From Nemertoderma westbladi (lineage: Eukaryota; Animalia; Xenacoelomorpha), in assembly GCA_032718475.1 (NCBI GenBank), contig JAUCBJ010006579.1:1-52265 (forward strand): 52,265 nt of DNA. Reading direction: 5' to 3'. The notes beneath the pieces were generated by a model. It was not told the origin of the DNA. It saw only the letters and a list, made by a program, of their open reading frames with translations, and did no database searches. The position numbers were made by a program, and so were the translations under genes. Shown here one piece after another: positions 12,255-24,225 of the stretch (its first letter is position 1; each line of letters starts with the position of its first letter).

Positions 12255-12515
12255 ATATAATATATTAGAATACCGGTATGCTTATAGTATATATAAGTAT
12301 TATTACAGACTAGATTTGTCACAGAGTACCGGTATATAAATTTAGCACAAATATATATAAATATATAATAGGCCTATAGTGAATACCGGTATACAGCTTA
12401 CACTTATAGTATATATAAGTATAATTATGAACTAGAATTAATTACAGAGTACCGGTATGATTTCAGCTCAAATTTATAGAAATAAATATAATAAGCCTAT
12501 GGTAAATACTGGTAT
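12255..12515. repeat. Short tandem duplication (~120-bp period) in the element leader
   Basis: GAATACCGGTAT...CTTATAGTATATATAAGTAT...ACAGAGTACCGGTAT repeated twice. Confidence 0.7.
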
Positions 12516-13512
12516 GTCAATTATTTTAGAATAATTGAATTTCTGAATATTTTAGGGTTACTTGGTTACTTTAACTTACTTTATTACCGTTATTTAAGCA
12601 GTAGTCCAACTGATATTGAGACCTAGTTGTTGTATGGCAGGCCTACTATTTATAAATCGTTTGAGTTGATTTATAATATTTATATACCCGTTTAAAATGG
12701 GTTTTTGTCAATATTTGAAATAAATGTTATTATTTCTGGGGGAGTCACTACACAGAAGCTGAACGCCTCTCAGTGAAGTGCTATTTATTTGACACTAAAA
12801 CTGATAATTCTAATTTACCTAAGTTACTTAATTACTACAAATTACTTACGATACGGGTGAGATTAATTCTCTAATTAAACACAACAAAATATTACGTACG
12901 AAATTTTTAGGGTAATTTTACAGGAAGTCTACAAACCAGCCTAACAAAGGGTTAGAATTCTGGTTATTACAACGGACAGGGTACTACGGTATTTGAAATA
13001 ATAAGTAGTAGTAAATATATTGTACTGTCCAGATAGGAAAATACCACCGCCTGACGACCTATAACCTTATCGCTATAGGTACTACGTTATGTATCACGGA
13101 TTGTTCCTACCCAGAAGCTAATTACCGCGGACTACCAGATCCAGCGTGCCTATTAACCACTTTACAACACAAATATACTGCCTACACACTAATTACTTCG
13201 GAAAGCACTGTACACTAAACCCTAAATTAGGTACAAGTACCGGTATAACAAATAATCAGTAGTTAAATATACTTGAACAGTTAAAAGAACCACGGCATCT
13301 GCTGGAGTGACCGAAGCACAAAATCTCCAGTCTTTACCTACGCCGAGCAGCCCTGATGTAGTACCGGGGTTAGTTTAACTATAACGGTATGTATAACAAG
13401 CACAATTACTGTAGGGATAAACTTGGGGACATGAATGTTGCGAATAATCGCATAAACTCTGAATAATAAATATTACGCTACCCGTACAGAATACTCAAAC
13501 AAAATATAAACC

Positions 13513-14030
13513 AAACGCTGGCAGACTACTATCAAGCCTAAACAAACTACAGTATGTGCAGATTCTGAAACAGTTAGTTAGTATGCGTTCTAACACGGTA
13601 GTACGACTTATTCTTTAAGAGGGGATTGGCCTTACAGCATATGGCTGCCCCAACTTACTAACGGCACTTTATCAGACCAACTCTACACACGCAGCAATCC
13701 CTTCAGGCCTAAGAATAGCTAGACAACAATCCAGCCTACAAAATATTTGAGTAATAACTATTACGGTACCTGAACAGACTACACAAACAAACACAGGCTA
13801 AAACACTGGCAGACTACGATCAAGCCTAAATAAACTACAGTATATGCAGATTCTGAAATAGTTAGTTAGTATGCGTTCTAACACGGTAGTACGACTTATT
13901 CTTTAAGAGGGGATTGGCCTTACAGCATATGGCTGCCCCAACTTACTAACGGCACTTTATCAGACAAACTCTACACACGCCGTAATCTCTCCAAACCCAA
14001 CAACAGTCAGACAGCAGCTCAGCCTACAAT
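13513..14030. repeat. Tandem duplication (289-bp period) in the element leader
   Basis: CTGGCAGACTAC...CTCTACACACGC at 13518-13692 and 13807-13980 are nearly identical, with a degenerate continuation. Confidence 0.9.
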
Positions 14031-14300
14031 TATCTGAACAATCTGAGCAGGGTCACACGCCTTCTGCTCAATATTAGCCTACTAGTAAATAAAACCGACA
14101 GAAATAAGTAAAATCTCAATAAAAAACCAGGGCGGCCGTTCCCTGATTAAGTATCAAGACCTACCGGTGTACAATAATCAAAATCGAATAATACTAATGT
14201 ACTTATACAGCAGTACCGGTTAGGACAGTTGGGCCTACAGACCTACAGAAATACCGGTTATTACGGTATTTTGCAACCTTATTGCCTACTGCAATAAGAT

Positions 14301-14312
14301 TATAACTGTTAC
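14301..14312 (-). promoter_or_regulatory. Primer-binding-site position, non-canonical (GTAACAGTTATA), complementary to LTR 15056-15067
   Basis: Directly abuts the CA end of the 5' LTR on the minus strand; lacks the TGG expected for a tRNA CCA end; exact 12-nt inverted match within the LTR. Confidence 0.6.
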
Positions 14313-15499
14313 TGTTCGCGCTTTTGAAGACCTTTAGCAGTTTAACCTGCCAAAATTTATATGTCTTTTAGTTAATTAACACACCTTTAGCATACGACAA
14401 TATTTTATGCTAATAAACAAAACATTAGCCGAAGCCAGCCCATGCGCGATCATTCACCCGATGGATCTACACCCGGGAGGCTGAATTCGGATGCTTAGAT
14501 TTTATTATTGCAGTGTAAGGTTGCAGTGTAAGCCTACTGTATTATTCGATTGATCGCTAATATGTAATTTCTGACAGATATTATTAACTTTCGGGAAATA
14601 TTAACAGTTCCTTTAGGACGTGACGCTCTATCTATTTAAACAGAGCTAGGACTTATACTAAACGCAACGATAAGGCTTATGATTAAAGTATAAGTCGCAC
14701 TCTTTAGGAAATGCTTTGTTACCAGTCACATCACACTCACAATCATGCACACTATTCTGCCGACCGTCAGTATATTTGATCACACATAAAGAGAACAGCA
14801 ATTGACTCAGGTAGTGTCTACTAAATAACATTAGATTCAATACACACCACATATTGATATAAATCGCAATTGTTATATATAGCCCGCCTCTCTAACCTGT
14901 AGTGTATCAAGAAAATTGGGAATTTTGGGTGATTTATCCGTATTCTCCAAAGAGCAATATTTCCATCAACAAATAGATACAATTAATAACTGACGGTAAA
15001 TAGCAGCACAAACAATATGATTAGTGCAGTTAAATTAAGTGAGGTAACACCGCCGGTAACAGTTATACTTTCTATAATCTAAGCAGTTTTTGCTAGAGTT
15101 GTTCCAAAAGCCGGTGTTATGGCGAAAAATGGGAACACAACAACAGAAACATGTGACTACTGCTCTATACGAAGATACCAACTCCCTTATTCCACGAAGC
15201 TCCCGTTCAACTCAGAGGATGAGCATAGAGATAGGAAATTCAGTTCAGTAGCGCTGGGATAGGTCGAAATCAACGCCTACGCAAATTCTATTGGCCGACA
15301 CGGACAGCAAGGCTTAGGCAACCTCTCTAGGCTAGTTGGCCGATTAAACTGAGCCCAGATATCTCCGTACAGCACATCAGCCAATAAGCCGGTAGCTTGC
15401 ACTATTTTAGTTATAAATCCCTTTGAGAGTATTCTAGCGACTGGGGGGGAACTGGCCAGCAAAGGCAAACGTATCAGTTATCCCACAAAAGCTTTTACA
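14313..15499 (-). repeat. 5' LTR (1187 bp)
   Basis: Direct repeat of 4805-5989; minus-strand TATATATAA (~14873-14881) and AATAAA (14501-14506). Confidence 0.95.
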
Positions 15500-16069
15500 C
15501 TCCCACTATGCAGCAACTAGTATTTAATGTTTATTAGGTTGCGTGTTATATTGTTTAAGTATGGCGTGTTAGTGTCGTTATATTAATTCGCAGAATATTG
15601 AATATTTAGTGCGTATTCTTTAAACCCTAAATGTTCAATGAATCTCTTCTACTTTTGACTCTGACAGCTCTTTTAGCTGTGGAGTGTCTGGGAGAGCCAT
15701 GGGAACTCAGACGAATTGGTTGAAAGAGACAAAGTAGGTTTGTTTAAATAATAGAATCAATGTGTTTGTAGAGCCACTGAAGTTCTAACTGCACTTTTGC
15801 TGTTAAAGTTTTAACCAAAACCTGCTAATTGCGTTCCACCACTGTAAGTACGATTGGTGCAAATCAAGATTCCGTTTGGCTGTTAGCAGATTTGACTTCT
15901 GTAACCCCTCTGTGTCTCAACTCCTCTCTGACATCCGTATCCTCTCTATTTCTAGTGACATTGTTCAAACTACAGAGTGCATCAAATTACACGTCGTTAA
16001 TAACAATAATTATATAAAAGTCACATTTTCTAAATAAATTAGTTTCCTCCGCTGAAGGCAATCCACTTA

Positions 16070-18115
16070 GTCCACCTACCTGCCGCCAAAAAGGTCCTCC
16101 ACTTGTTTCACCACAGATATTCTAAAGAAATATGTACATAGATCCACCAATCCGCCAAAAGGCCATCCACTTGTATTCCACCAAAGATAATTGTGTGTTC
16201 CACCACATGACATTCTAAAGAAATGTGTACATAGACCCACCTACCGCCAAAAGGCCATCCACTTATTCCACCAAAGATAAATGTGTGTTCCACTACACAT
16301 GACATTCTAAAGAAATATGTACATAAACCCACCTACCGCCAAAAGGCCACCTACTTGTTTCACCACAGATATTCTAAAGAAATGTGTACATAGACCCACC
16401 TACCGCCAAAAGGCCACCCATTTATTCCACCAAAGATAAATGTATTATTCATGTCGCAGTGTCCGAGTGGATACGGCGCCTGAACTGCTTACACAATAGT
16501 GTTTGGTGGTGCAGGTTCGAATCCGACTAAAGGCTGTAGAAATTTCGCACTGTTGTGTCCCTAGGCAAGACACTTTAGACATTAGTGCCTACGCCAACCC
16601 AGCGGTATAATGGGAACCTGGCTTTGCTGGGGTAATGATAATAAAAGCGCTTTGAGTATGCTGAGCGTAGAAAAGCGCTATATAAATAACAAATATTATT
16701 ATTATTATTATTATTAAATGTGTGTTCCACCACACATGACATTCTAAAGAAATGTGTACATAGACCCACCTACCGCCAAAAGGCCACCCACTTATTCCAC
16801 CAAAGATAAATGTGTGTTCCACCACACATGACATTCTAAAGAAATGTGTACATAGACCCACCTACCGCCTAAAGGCCACCCACTTATTCCACCAAAGATA
16901 AATGTGTGTTCCACCACATGACATTCTAAAGAAATGTGTACATAGACCCACCTACCGCCAAAAGGCCACCCACTTATTCCACCAAAGATAAATGTGTGTT
17001 CCACCACACATGACATTCTAAAGAAATGTGTACATAGACCCACCTACCGCCAAAAGGCCACCCACTTATTCCACCAAAGATAAATGTGTGTTCCACCACA
17101 CATTACATTCTAAAGAAATGTGTACATAGACCCACCTACCGCCAAAAGGCCACCCACTTATTCCACCAAAGATAAATGTGTGTTCCACCACATGACATTC
17201 TAAAGAAATGTGTACATAGACCCACCTACCGCCAAAAGGCCACCCACTTATTCCACCAAAGATTAATGTGTGTTCCACCACACATTACATTCTAAAGAAA
17301 TGTGTACATAGACCCACCTACCGCCAAAAGGCCACCCACTTATTCCACCAAAGATAAATGTGTGTTCCACCACATGACATTCTAAAGAAATGTGTACATA
17401 AACCCACCTACCGCCAAAAGGCCACCCACTTATTCCACCAAAGATAAATGTGTGTTCTACCACATGACATTCTAAAGAAATGTGTACATAGACCCACCTA
17501 CCGCCAAAAGGCCACCCACTTATTCCACCAAAGATAAATGTGTGTTCCACCACACATTACATTCTAAAGAAATGTGTACATAGACCCACCTACCGCCAAA
17601 AGGCCACCCACTTATTCCACCAAAGATAAATGTGTGTTCCACCACATGACATTCGAAAGAAATGTGTACATAGACCCACCTACCGCCAAAAGGCCACCCA
17701 CTTATTCCACCAAAGATAAATGTGTGTTCTACCACATGACATTCTAAAGAAATATGTACATAAACCCACCTACCGCCAAAAGGCCACCCACTTATTCCAC
17801 CAAAGATAAATGTGTGTTCTACCACATGACATTCTAAAGAAATGTGTACATAGACCCACCTACCGCCAAAAGGCCACCCACTTATTCCACCAAAGATAAA
17901 TGTGTGTTCTACCACATGACATTCTAAAGAAATGTGTACATAGACCCACCTACCGCCAAAAGGCCACCCACTTATTCCACCAAAGATAAATGTGTGTTCC
18001 ACCACATGACATTCTAAAGAAATGTGTACATAGACCCACCTACCGCCAAAAGGCCACCCACTTATTCCACCAAAGATAAATGTGTGTTCTACCACATGAC
18101 ATTCTAAAGAAATGT
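16070..18115. repeat. 90-bp (some 92-bp) tandem satellite, about 20 units
   Basis: Unit TATTCCACCAAAGATAAATGTGTGTTCCACCACATGACATTCTAAAGAAATGTGTACATAGACCCACCTACCGCCAAAAGGCCACCCACT; explains the 30-aa repeat ORFs. Confidence 0.97.
16444..16714 (+). mobile_element. tRNA-derived SINE inserted in the satellite
   Basis: A box (TGTCCGAGTGG) and B box (GGTTCGAATCC); CORE/Meta-like body TGTGTCCCTAGGCAAGACACTT...AATGGG; LINE-type tail AAGCGCTTTGAG...AAAAGCGCTATATAAAT; (ATT)n end; TSD TAAATGT at 16437-16443 and 16715-16721. Confidence 0.9.
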
Positions 18116-20736
18116 GCGCAAATTAGTGTTTTCCATCAGATTGTTGGTTTAAAATGTCCGTAAATTACTAATAATTTTTTATAACCCTACGGAATGGGGG
18201 TGGGAAATTTTTCTACGTGATTATTTCTCGCTTTCCATTAAGATTTTGTTTGCTTTTATGAGTTTTCTAAGAGTTTATTTTTTGTACTTACGGTGTTTTT
18301 GCATTGTACAACCTGTATGTAAATACATTCGAAACAATGCAAAAACAAATGTCACAATGACAAAACACCGCAAGTCTGTCAGTTGCGATGTTTATGCATT
18401 GTATAAATTTAATGCATAAATTGTGGGGGGGGGGGGGGGGGGGGGGAACCTCACTGCGGTTTTAAATTTGTAAATAACTCGAAAGTGGTTGCAACATAAA
18501 CAAAAAAACTTGGAAACGGGGAAATAATATGAAATATAAAGAACTGCCCGAAATTAGTCGAAGTTTATTAAATTACCTGTCATGAAGCGAAAATTACAAA
18601 AAATGGTTTAATGACAGAGGAGTAGTGTTTTTTGCGTGAAAAATTTCTTTCCGAGAAAATTGCCTTGAAAGTTTAAACATTCCCACACAAAATTGCCCGT
18701 ATGTGGTCTGGTTGGTTAATATTGATTATAAATTATGATTAAATTTCTACACTTAATAAAATTTCCCTCCGGCGTTTCGAAACGTTGCTGTAGTTACTTT
18801 ATTATTATTACAGATACAGAAATCCTCAGTTAAAAAATTTAAATCTTCAGTTGGTTAAAAACAATTGAAAGTTAATTGAAATACACAATAAATACAAGTT
18901 ATAACGAAACTGACTTTACAGTTGTTTTTAAATAAATTATTTAAATGTTACTTTATATGAAAATCGCGGAAAATGTGAAGAATGGCAACGATTTTAAACG
19001 CTTACAAAAATAATCGACAATTCCGGCTTCATGGTAACAACGACGGTGAGTTGAACTAGTTTAAAATTTATTTCAAGCAAAATGATAAAGATTTGTAGAA
19101 AATTTGACATTTACAAAATTTTACATTGATTATATTACTGGTCATAGTTAATTAAGTGACTGCCTAAGTGTCCGGCTGATTATGAAACTATAACCTGTTT
19201 ATTGTTTTGGTAGAATTAAATGCCACTGCAATCTGCCCATTTCACTTAATTGTTAATTTTAGCGGACAAACGTTTCTGGGCAATTCGCCTGCGGGCGAGA
19301 ATTCCGCCACACCTTGCGATGGTGCTATCTACTGTATACCTTTGGATGAGGGGGGGGGGGATATAATTTCTTATTTTCATCGAAATTAAATTAGGCCACT
19401 CAAATATATTTAGCTCAAATATATACAGTAAGCTATCCGCGATTGGCAGAGGTTATCAATTAATGTTACGTCACGAGTATGTTATTCGCCTCCAGGCCAC
19501 CTTATCACATCCATTTATTTGAACCAATATATGTTGCTTGCTCATATTACTCGTGTACAGTAATTAAATATTATCAGAACTACAATAAATTTATTGCATT
19601 TCAAATTCACATTTATGTACAATTATTGTGTGTTTAATTAATTGCAATCAATAATCATATAGTTTGTACCTTGTGCATAAGAATCCGATAGTATAAACTT
19701 ATCTACTTACCGCTATTAAACTCCTGTTTCCAGAACTATTAATTGTACATTTAGTTATTCTGTTATTTATTTCTCGAGTGTGAGTTTATTTATAAAAGGT
19801 AATCCTACTTGTATACGTACAGTAGGCTATGTACCCCTACATTTAGCCTTTCTTCTTCTAGGAATAATTTAATATACTTATTCAAAATTTAAACAAATAT
19901 ATGTTACGTAGGAACAATCTTTTGTTTAAAGTAGGCCTACAGTAAGTTAAAAATTAATATGCAAATAATTCCACAAATTGATAAAAGACTTAAAAACTTC
20001 AAGATTCTTGGGCGCCTGTGTTGTGTTAAATATTAATGGAGCGCACACATACAATATAGTATTACTGTATATAATTATTATTACTTAATTAAGCCAAAAT
20101 TATTGGTAAGCTTTATTTATCTATAAATCGGCATCCTGCATAGAGATTACTACCCCGCCTTAACAAGGGATTTGAGCCGCCACAACTCCCTATCCCCATG
20201 ACTTTCGCGAGATTATCCGCATATTCAAGGCCGGCCTTTGACAGGCGTCATGCTGTCCACCATGCTTAGTCTTGCCATGAGGTTGACAAAGTACAATTGA
20301 GCACGGGCTGGTGCAAGTGTCAAGTTTTGGGAACCAATGAGACACCTCCACTCCAATGTTATATACTGTAGTGTCGGGAGATTTGTGCATTGTACTTGAC
20401 ACAGTTACTTGTGTATGTGACATCCAGAGATTTGGTATTCTCAGAAATTAGAGCCCAGAATTGACTCCCATATACTGTAGGCCTAGGAGTAGGCCTACTG
20501 GTTCAATATTTAAATAATCAAACCGTAGAAAGATTTATAAATTAATTATTTAATTTACTTTTTTGAGTGTAGCTTTTTGTAGTGCAGAGCAAGCAAGAGT
20601 TAGCAGTACAGCAGGTTTTTCAGTTGTCTAGTACAGTATTATTACATCCAGTAGATTCCAGTTTATTTTACTTCATAATTCAGTATTTACCTGTAGTATT
20701 TTCATTAAAAGATTATTATTCCTGCTTTACCAACAA

Positions 20737-22715
20737 ATGGATCAGAATTTAATTGATCCAATTAATAACCAATCCATTCAAAAAGCCCCATTAGGAACTA
20801 AAGTCTATAAACGCCGTTGGTATATCCTTGGGTTGTTCTGCGGGTTGGGATTCCTAAATAACCTGAACTGGAACACGTGGGATCCTATAGAGGCGTCAGC
20901 GAAACTCGTTTACAAATGGGATGATTCCGACATAGCTCTCCTTGGCAACTGGGGACCAATCACATGGGTCCTAGTTACTCCTATAGTCACATGGGTGCTT
21001 TATCACAGAGGTCTAAGATTTTCAATGGTTTTGTCAGCGGCATTGTTAGCATTGGGGTCTGGTTTACGATGTATAACGACTAATCCGACTGTAGGAACCT
21101 GGTTGATTAACTTCGGACAGCTGTTCAACGGCTTTGGCGGTATACTCGCGTTTTCAGGATCCACACATTTGTCGGTTGTCTGGTTCCCTACGTTTCAAAG
21201 GAATACAGCCACAGCGGCAATCATTGGCACTCAATTTATTGGAATCGCTCTGTCGTTTTTATTGGGACCTGCTATTGTTAAACAATATAAGATAAATATA
21301 CAGCCTTCCGAGAATATATCTATGTACCGTTAATAAAGCAGCATTTTAGATAAAACCTAAGTCGTAACTACAGTTTATATACGGTGAATTAACAAAGTTA
21401 CACCGTGAACAATATTCCCCCGATAAATATTTTAAATTATTTATCAATTTTATTGTCTGGTGCCGGAAGAAACACCCATAACTGAGAGAACGTATTATCT
21501 AACACATCATTACGTTCCCAAGCCCGGTAAACCCAACGAAGTCCGGGTAGATTACGAAACCGTAACAGGTGTTGTGAATGATTCCCGTTTATTGTTTTAT
21601 GGTTAGAATTATCACGTGGCGTTGTAATCTGCCCCTTACCTACACTTAATTATTATAGAGAAACCTTCTTGACAACGAGGCTTTTCATCAAGAAGCTATC
21701 CCCATTGCCTTACATTTTAAACTTTCATGTGCTTTTAACCCGAAACAAATTTTAATTTTGTTGTAATTTTAAATTTATTGTGATTAAATCAATCCATTAT
21801 CTAAAGGTTGCTTCTATTCGCCTTCAATCAACCAATCAAATCGGTCTGCAGGGTAAAACACCTATAAGTAATCTTAATTGGACAGATTTAACTCGAGCAA
21901 ATTCAACGGACCCATTGAGGATCGAAGAACAACGAGATCAGATAATGCTGCTACTATTTATCGAGTTCGGATTCTGTATGGTGTTGTTCATCCTCGTGTT
22001 GTTATACTTCCCATCGAAACCGCCTCTACCACCGACGGCATCAGCCGCATCCGAGAGAATCGAGTTCAAAGCCGGAATTATCCAAATCGCTAAATGTAAA
22101 AGTTTCTGGTTTCTAGTGAGTGCTTTCTCTATATTTCCTGGTTTTATCAACGCTTATTTGTCAGTAATGAGCGTCGATCTATCCAACATTGGTATAAACC
22201 AAGAGACTGCGGGATGGATTGGGTTTTATTCCAGTTTAGTTGGAGGATTTTCTTGTTTGATTTCCGCACGAATTACCGACTTACTTAAAGGCGGCATGAA
22301 GTGGGCCATATTGTCAGCATGTATACTCGGTACGGTTGTCTTCTACATTTTCACAATGGTTGCTAAAGGTTACTTCCCATCGTCTGTATCTACGATTTAC
22401 GCAGCTATTATATGCGCTACTGCCTGCTCGGATAGCATTGGTCCTCTTGTGTTTGAGATGTCGGCAGATTTGCTTTTCCCGGCAAGCGAAGAATTAACTG
22501 GGGGAGTTCTATCTATCACACAGAACTTGATATCGTTTCTGTTGCTACTGGCAACCACGATTCCAGGCGCGGGATTTTATTGGTTAGACTGGGCGATACT
22601 GGCAGGTATCGCTACCACAATCCCCCTTATCGCCATGGTAAAGTATGAAAATAAAAGGGTAAAATTCGATAAAGTTATGCCGGAAGATAATTCTTTAGTG
22701 GAAGAAGAGTCATAA
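20737..22715 (+). CDS. SLC49A4: MFS transporter, SLC49A4/DIRC2-like (FLVCR family), copy A; exons ~20737-21323/21328 and 21886-22715
   Basis: KVYKRRWYILGLF...WNTWDPI...DIALLGNWGPI, WFPTFQRNTATA, YFPSKPPLPPTASAASER, AGWIGF motifs and many hydrophobic helices; CAG acceptor at 21883-21885. Exact donor uncertain. Confidence 0.85.
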
Positions 22716-24225
22716 AAGAATAATTCAATATATTGCAATGTACTGTATGATTCAGATGGGGGTCAAAATAGGACAAAAATTAAATTATGAACAAGTTTGT
22801 TTGTCTCATGTGTTAACAATTTTACGATAACAATCGTCCTCTAGCCGAAAACTAAACCCTACTCTACTGGTACCAGACAAGATGAGAGTTATTTATAATT
22901 TATATAGTTTGGTTTGCTAATTTTTAAACAATTCACCCATTCACCTATGGCCATAGACTGTTTATATAAGTTATGTTCTGCTATTATACTGGTGCAAAGA
23001 ATTAAAATATAAATTTATTAATAACATAGATAATAATTGTAATGACAGTGCGCCAGTTGATTGCAATGTTTGGCAAGACCAAGCAAATATTATTATCTAC
23101 GCCTGAATTATACAGTACATGCATAATATAGGCCTACATACCATAAGTCAGGTATGGTCAATTATTATCGGTTAGTTTAACAGTGAAATAAATTAGATAA
23201 ATCTAATCACTGAGTGTTGTTGTCATAATCTTTGGCCTATTATGGTATGTGTGGTCGTTGAAAATGATAACAAGTTGATAGGGATTTATTAGTACCTTGT
23301 GATTAAACAGCAAGTATGCGGAGGCACGCGACATCATCCAAGGTGCTGGATTCAACCCAACCCTCCAGCACAATGGTCTCACCCCAGATGGAAATATACC
23401 AGGAGGCATGTCCCACGCAACATGGCACACTTGCAGACATATCTTAAGGGATCTACTACGTCTGGTGTTGCATTTACCAAACTTTCCTCTAGCCTCTCGA
23501 ACTGAAGGTGGAATTAAAGGCTTCTACAGACGAAGACTTCATCCGTGACAATGGCTACTGAGATGATACTAGCTAAAGGGAGAAGGCCTTGTGCATTATC
23601 AATAACATATAGTATACCTATTAATCCCAGTTGATTCTGTCGGAATCAGATAGGGTCTTTCGATGCAATCGCAATGCATCCCTCTCTATCCAAAATATAA
23701 AATTATAGCTTGTTCTATTGACTTTCGTTTATTGTTTTGGTTAGATTAATGTGTCACTGTAACCTGCTCATTTCCCTTAATTGATAATTGAACATTAGGA
23801 CAAGAATTTAATTCGCCGAGATAGGATTATGAAATCTTATCTTTAATTCCGTGCCGCCCCCCTGTGCAGTACGCTGCCGTAAACAAACACTTACGACACA
23901 ACCAGTAGTATAATGATACACTATTATTATAAGTTACCAAACTATTGTTATATTCAATTATCTTATAGTGTGTTTATGATTCATGTTTTTGTTACAATTA
24001 ATTAATTATTATATAGGCCTACTACTGTACTGTATTTTGTAGGATATATTATTCGTATTGCTTGTGTCGAAATAAAAATCTATAAAATTAATTATTTCAA
24101 TAAATAATTATTATAATTACACTAATATAACTATATCCCGGTTTCTTCATTTAAATAAAAAAAAATAGTACATTCGATTGTAAAAATGGTATAATATCTT
24201 ATCCTGACTACCAAGATAAGTAACA

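Larger units (their letters stand above)
4805..15499 (-). mobile_element. Non-autonomous BEL/Pao-type LTR retrotransposon, full length
   Basis: Two direct repeats with TG...CA ends (4805-5989, 14313-15499); 5-bp TSD CTCCC at 4800-4804 and 15500-15504; internal minus-strand Gag-protease ORF with BEL/Pao signatures. Confidence 0.95.

Noticed and set aside
16453-16530. Functional tRNA gene
   Set aside because: Cloverleaf is imperfect and it continues into a SINE body, LINE-like tail and TSD.
16070-18115. CRISPR-like array or 30-aa repeat protein
   Set aside because: Units are contiguous with no unique spacers and no cas genes; ORFs arise from the 90-bp period and are broken by 92-bp units.
21317-21885. 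U12 AT-AC intron (ATATCT... donor-like sequence in both paralogs)
   Set aside because: Donor deviates from ATATCCTT, the branch-like TCTTAAT is too close to the AC, and the junction would not keep the frame.
21780-21885. N-terminal extension of ORF 21780-22715 as a separate gene start
   Set aside because: Paralog similarity begins only at the CAG acceptor; the upstream part is intron read-through.
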